A stretch of 62,783 bases of DNA, filler included, from Candidatus Woesearchaeota archaeon (GTDB taxonomy: Archaea; Nanobdellota; Nanobdellia; Woesearchaeales; CAZJJJ01), in assembly GCA_046538795.1 (NCBI GenBank). It is 5 parts of 5 records of this genome, joined end to end, with 100 filler letters (N's around TTAATTAATTAA, not from the genome) between each part and the next. Parts side by side here need not be neighbours in the genome. Positions count along the whole stretch, not along the records: positions 45,328 to 60,118 come from JBKHIF010000036.1; positions 60,219 to 62,783 come from JBKHIF010000097.1; 3 more parts are not named here. The stretch is one strand, 5' to 3'. Each line of letters starts with the position of its first letter. The first letter of the stretch is position 1. This document shows, piece after piece, positions 58,983 through 62,783 of the stretch. The notes beneath the pieces are model-generated. The model was not told the origin of the DNA, ran no database searches, and saw only the letters and a list, made by a program, of their open reading frames with translations. Both the position numbers and the translations under genes were made by a program.

Positions 58983-59273
58983 TTATGGCGTCCTAAACCA
59001 AGATCTTGAAAGGTTCAATCCTGCTACAAAGGTTTCAAATGCTCCTATTATAAGAGACCCTATGCCAATGATACCAAAAGTGTTTCTCATGTTATTTTCC
59101 TGCTCTGATGTTGAGCTTTCTTCTGATATTATATGGGATTCTGAATATTCTTGTCCATGTATCACAAGTCCGGTCGGACCTGAAGGAAGATTATATACTG
59201 AAAGAACATAGAACGAAAAGATCATCATGCTTATTCCTTTCAAGAAAATTATAAGTTTAATATTTCCCCCCAT
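58983..59273 (-). CDS. Small two-TM protein
   Basis: Two hydrophobic segments flanking a PTGLVI motif. Confidence 0.55.
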   Translation of the reverse strand: MGGNIKLIIFLKGISMMIFSFYVLSVYNLPSGPTGLVIHGQEYSESHIISEESSTSEQENNMRNTFGIIGIGSLIIGAFETFVAGLNLSRSWFRTP

Positions 59274-59553
59274 AAAAAAAGTGATAGGATTTTTGTTTTT
59301 AATATTTTCGGGTCTGTATAATAATTATTGGAAATTAGATTCTGGAAAGTATTCTTGGATTAGACGTAAAAAGTTTCATTTATTAAATAGTTTTATAAAA
59401 AGTTGTCCTTTTTCTAATGAAAAGAAAAATTAAAATTACTCTTGAAAAAATGATTAAAAAAAATTTAGAAGATATTGACGTAACTCAAAAGATAATGGAA
59501 GATTATGAAATGTCTAAAGTTGATTCTGCGATACAGATAAGTTTGGGTGTTGA

Positions 59554-60118
59554 ATGAAAAATAAAATAAGTAATACAACAAAACTGAAATTAGTATATTT
59601 CTTCAAGTCACTTTTTTTCTTTTCACCAATACTCACCCTATTTTATTTTTCAAGAAATCTGAATACATTTCAGGTAGTATCTCTTGAAGCTATACTTATA
59701 GGTGCAGTACTTATTTCAGAAGTTCCAACAGGAATACTTGCTGATAAAATAGGGCGAAAATATTCTCTTCTGATGGTTATACTTCTTTATATTGCAGGAA
59801 ATATCTGGACCATATATGCATATTCATATTTGGAATTTTTTATAATTGAGATCCTGTTTGGGATAGCAATTGCCTTTGGTTCTGGTGCAATTGAAGCACT
59901 TGTCTATGATTCTCTTAAAGTGCAACACAAGGAAAAACAAATGAGCAAGGTCTGGGGCTCGATAAATTCTTATGGACTAATCGCAAGCATGATTGCGGTG
60001 ATCATAGGAGGGTTCATTGCAAAAGACCACAATCCTGAAAATTTTGTTCTTTTGCTTTGGCTTTATACAATAGGTGCAATAATAGCATTTTTTGTAGCAC
60101 TTTTTGTAACGGAAAGAA
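59554..60118 (+). CDS. MFS transporter (partial at contig end)
   Basis: EVPTGILADKIGRK motif A, SGAIEALVYD. Confidence 0.9.
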
Positions 60119-60218
60119 NNNNNNNNNNNNNNNNNNNNNNNNNNNNNNNNNNNNNNNNNNNNTTAATTAATTAANNNNNNNNNNNNNNNNNNNNNNNNNN
60201 NNNNNNNNNNNNNNNNNN
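60119..60218. other. Artificial contig linker
   Basis: N44-TTAATTAATTAA-N44. Confidence 0.98.
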
Positions 60219-61128
60219 GAATCCTTGAAAAACAACAATATATGCCCTGTGTGCAAAAAGCCTCTCCTATTGTAAGAGGCTTTTTGCACACAGGGCATAT
60301 ATTGTTGTTTTTCAAGGATTCTTTTGGATGCATAACAACATTACAGTTCCTGTGTCCATCATAATGATATTTTCCTTCATCAGGCCAAAATTCAACTGTG
60401 CTTTTGACATTGTTTTCTCTTATAGAACCTATAAGTGACTTATAAGCTGGCTTAATATCGAAGATTGTTGCTTCTCTGCCTATCCTGTGCGGCCAGTATG
60501 AATGAGAATCTGAAAAGGAAACTATTGCCTTGTTGTCAAGCTCTTTTATCCTCCAGTTCATCTCAGGATCAGATGATAATCCAGTTTCTATCGCATGGAT
60601 ATTTTTTGCCTGATCATCAAAACAATCCTTTAATGAATCAAAACCTGATTTTGAACCCAACATCCCAAACCAGGGAGTCCAGATGTGAGCAGGTATGATT
60701 TCGATATCTTTGGAAATCTCTTTCATCTTTTCAGTGAAATCAGGTGACGGAATCTTAAATATAGGCCTTCCGTCATAATCGATTCTTCCGTGTTTCAACA
60801 ATTCTTCAGTTATCTGGGAAACAACATCAAATGATGGTGCAAAAAGCACATGATGGACGCGTCTTCCTTTTCCTTTGTCAGTATATATAAGAGAAATCTC
60901 TGTTGTAAGAAGAAAATTAAATCCTGTTTTTGTCTTTAGAAACCCTGTCTCATCTTCAGTAAGATTTGTCTTTAATTCTTTTATCCATTCAGGATGTGTA
61001 AAATCAGCAGTACCTAACAAGTTAAGACCTTTTATCCTTCCATATTTTTCTAAATTTGCAATAGAAAGATTCTTTGAACATGCTCTTGAATATTTTCCGT
61101 GAAGATGAAGGTCTGATATTATTTCCAT
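60219..61128 (-). CDS. Endonuclease Q family PHP-domain protein (3' partial; last ~47 nt are a foldback artefact)
   Basis: DLHLHGKYSRA, GTADFTHP, PAHIWTPW, ETGLSSD, SDSHS, GKYHYDGHR, CPVC. Confidence 0.9.
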
Positions 61129-61177
61129 AACAATCTCGTTCTATGATGATGTTATAAATAATTATTGTTTCTTTTGT

Positions 61178-61654
61178 TTAGTTTTTTGAGGAAAAAAATC
61201 TTTTTGCTTTTTCGTGAAATGTTTTTCTTTGTGATTCACTCATCCTTTCTATAAAATCCCTTATTTTACTATTAAATTCTTCTGCATAATAAATATCTGT
61301 CATAACTTCTTTTTTAGTGACCTGAAAATCCACATAATATTGTTTATCTATTCTTTCTTTTTTTGCTTTTTTCAGATCTTCATTGTCAAGTTCAAAAATT
61401 TCTTTTATTAGAAAAATTGAACCTGTGTGATTTTCGCTTTTGATCCCACAATAGAAAAGTAATGCAAGTGAAGAATAATACATTGAATAATATGCCAGTG
61501 CTACAGCATCTTCAAGATTTTCTATTTCTAAGAGTGTTTTTGCAGAAATCAAAGATTTTAGTGATTTTTTTAGATAAGATTCAGAAATATGATTGCTAGG
61601 ATCAGTTGTTTTTATCTTATTTTCCTTGATAAGTTTTTTTATGAATTTTATCAT
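61178..61654 (-). CDS. HEPN domain protein
   Basis: AYYSMYY, ENHTG, RIDKQY; overlaps the MNT gene. Confidence 0.85.
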   Translation of the reverse strand: MIKFIKKLIKENKIKTTDPSNHISESYLKKSLKSLISAKTLLEIENLEDAVALAYYSMYYSSLALLFYCGIKSENHTGSIFLIKEIFELDNEDLKKAKKERIDKQYYVDFQVTKKEVMTDIYYAEEFNSKIRDFIERMSESQRKTFHEKAKRFFSSKN

Positions 61655-62171
61655 AGAATATCTCAAAACCCTTGAATATCACGTGTTTTTTTATAATTTC
61701 CTGCCCTAATTCCGAAAAATTTTCGAGATTGCCCGTTTTGAGACTTAATTTTGAATCAAGAAGTTCTAATTCTTTTTTTATCTGCGGATCATCTGTTTCG
61801 ATAAAAAGATCTATATCACTATCAAAGGTTGCTTTTTTTTCAGCATATGAGCCAAAAAGAACTGAAAGCTTGATATCTTTTTTTTCCTTTATTATCTTTA
61901 CGATATTTCTTAATCGAGGATATTTTTCAATTGTTTCTATCAATTTTTCATGTTCTAAAATAAAGAGAAATTCTTTTGCTTCAATGCTTTCTTTTATGAA
62001 ATATACTTTGTTTTTTCCTTCTTCTCTGTAATCAACAATATTTCTTTCTTCTAATTCCTTTAGTTTTCGAAGAACACTCATCTGATTTATTCCAAGATAT
62101 TTAGAGATGCCCCTTATATGATTATCTTTTTTTCTTAAACATTCAATGATACTGTAACTTGTTTGTGACAT
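61617..62171 (-). CDS. HTH plus minimal nucleotidyltransferase (MNT antitoxin-like)
   Basis: N-terminal wHTH, LFGSYA...SDIDLFI. Confidence 0.88.
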   Translation of the reverse strand: MSQTSYSIIECLRKKDNHIRGISKYLGINQMSVLRKLKELEERNIVDYREEGKNKVYFIKESIEAKEFLFILEHEKLIETIEKYPRLRNIVKIIKEKKDIKLSVLFGSYAEKKATFDSDIDLFIETDDPQIKKELELLDSKLSLKTGNLENFSELGQEIIKKHVIFKGFEIFYDKIHKKTYQGK

Positions 62172-62190
62172 GTGTAACTATTTTGTTACA
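62153..62190. promoter_or_regulatory. Tandem palindromic operator TGTAAC-N6-GT(G/T)ACA
   Basis: Sites at 62153-62170 and 62173-62190 cover the MNT start codon, next to a TTTAAAT box. Confidence 0.6.
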
Positions 62191-62250
62191 TTATATTTAA
62201 ATCTTTTGCTTACAGAAAACCTTAAAAACCAAGACATCAAAAATTATTTA

Positions 62251-62783
62251 ATGAGAGAATTCATATATTTTTCACCTTCTGCTGCTACAAGCGGAAATTA
62301 TAAGGATCTGATGAAAGCAGGAAGAATGGATATTGTTCTTCATTCTATAATTGCATCATTTTTTTATTCTCATGGCTATAGGGATGATGTAAGGCTTCAT
62401 CTTATCTTTTACGGTCAGCCTGATCCTCCGAAGCATATTGAGATAAACATGAATGCAGATCTTGAAATAAGCAAAAAAGATCTTTCCGGACTAATTAAGA
62501 GAATACTTTACAAGTACAAAGAAGGAAAAAGAACAGAACCTTTTCCTGGATGTTTTGTCGAGAAAAAGAGTTTTCTTAAGATTGTTGAAGAGATGCATGA
62601 ATCAGGAAAAGAAATATTTATCCTTGATAAGAAAGGACATTTCATAAGAGATGCAAAGATCCATGATAATTCTGTTTTTGTTGTCGGAGATCATGATGGA
62701 TTGCCAAAGGCAGAAATGAGAAGAATAAAAAAGATAGCTGATAAGGTCTCTTTAGGAAATATTACATATTTTGCAAGCCAAAG
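62251..62783 (+). CDS. trmY: tRNA (pseudouridine54-N1)-methyltransferase TrmY (runs off window end)
   Basis: Not in ORF track. MREFIYFS...AGRMDIV...FFYSHGYRDDV...GQPDPPK...VGDHDG...SLG...YFASQ (SPOUT). Confidence 0.85.
   Translation, partial: MREFIYFSPSAATSGNYKDLMKAGRMDIVLHSIIASFFYSHGYRDDVRLHLIFYGQPDPPKHIEINMNADLEISKKDLSGLIKRILYKYKEGKRTEPFPGCFVEKKSFLKIVEEMHESGKEIFILDKKGHFIRDAKIHDNSVFVVGDHDGLPKAEMRRIKKIADKVSLGNITYFASQ

Noticed and set aside
59417..59557. 46-aa ORF overlapping the MFS start (ATGA)
   Set aside because: Possibly real or a gene remnant, but there is no recognisable motif to support a call.
60219..60321. Perfect 47-bp inverted repeat at the contig end inside the EndoQ gene
   Set aside because: It is a foldback of the gene's own sequence at a contig edge that breaks the protein after CPVCKKPLTIG. 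This is typical of an amplification or assembly chimera.

Overview
Archaeal DNA, most consistent with a DPANN (Woesearchaeota-like) MAG or single-cell genome. The window is five contigs joined by artificial 100-nt N44-TTAATTAATTAA-N44 linkers, so adjacency across linkers is meaningless. Core archaeal genes include the rnp2-psmA-SBDS-rrp4-rrp41-rrp42-rpoK cluster, cbf5, rpl15e, rpl40e, aIF5A, aIF5B, aRF1, radB, lhr, trmJ, trmY, an intron-containing tRNA-Gly(TCC) and tRNA-Pro(TGG). There are also two TA modules, surface and glycosylation genes, and several bacterial-type genes (GpsA fused to a HAD phosphatase, intact Lgt, ElaB/YqjD). Most notable observations: (1) a three-copy, ATAA-flanked, structured intergenic repeat family; (2) a class III RNR whose glycyl-radical domain is a separate 66-aa gene, with tandem NrdR-type boxes next to an archaeal TATA box; (3) Lgt plus a lipobox protein plus GpsA in an archaeon; (4) a tRNA-Gly integration hotspot with att remnants, one interrupted by palindromic inserts; (5) an IS903-like MITE near tRNA-Pro; (6) two unannotated tiny pilin-like paralogs. 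All calls are from reading motifs by eye; no searches were run.
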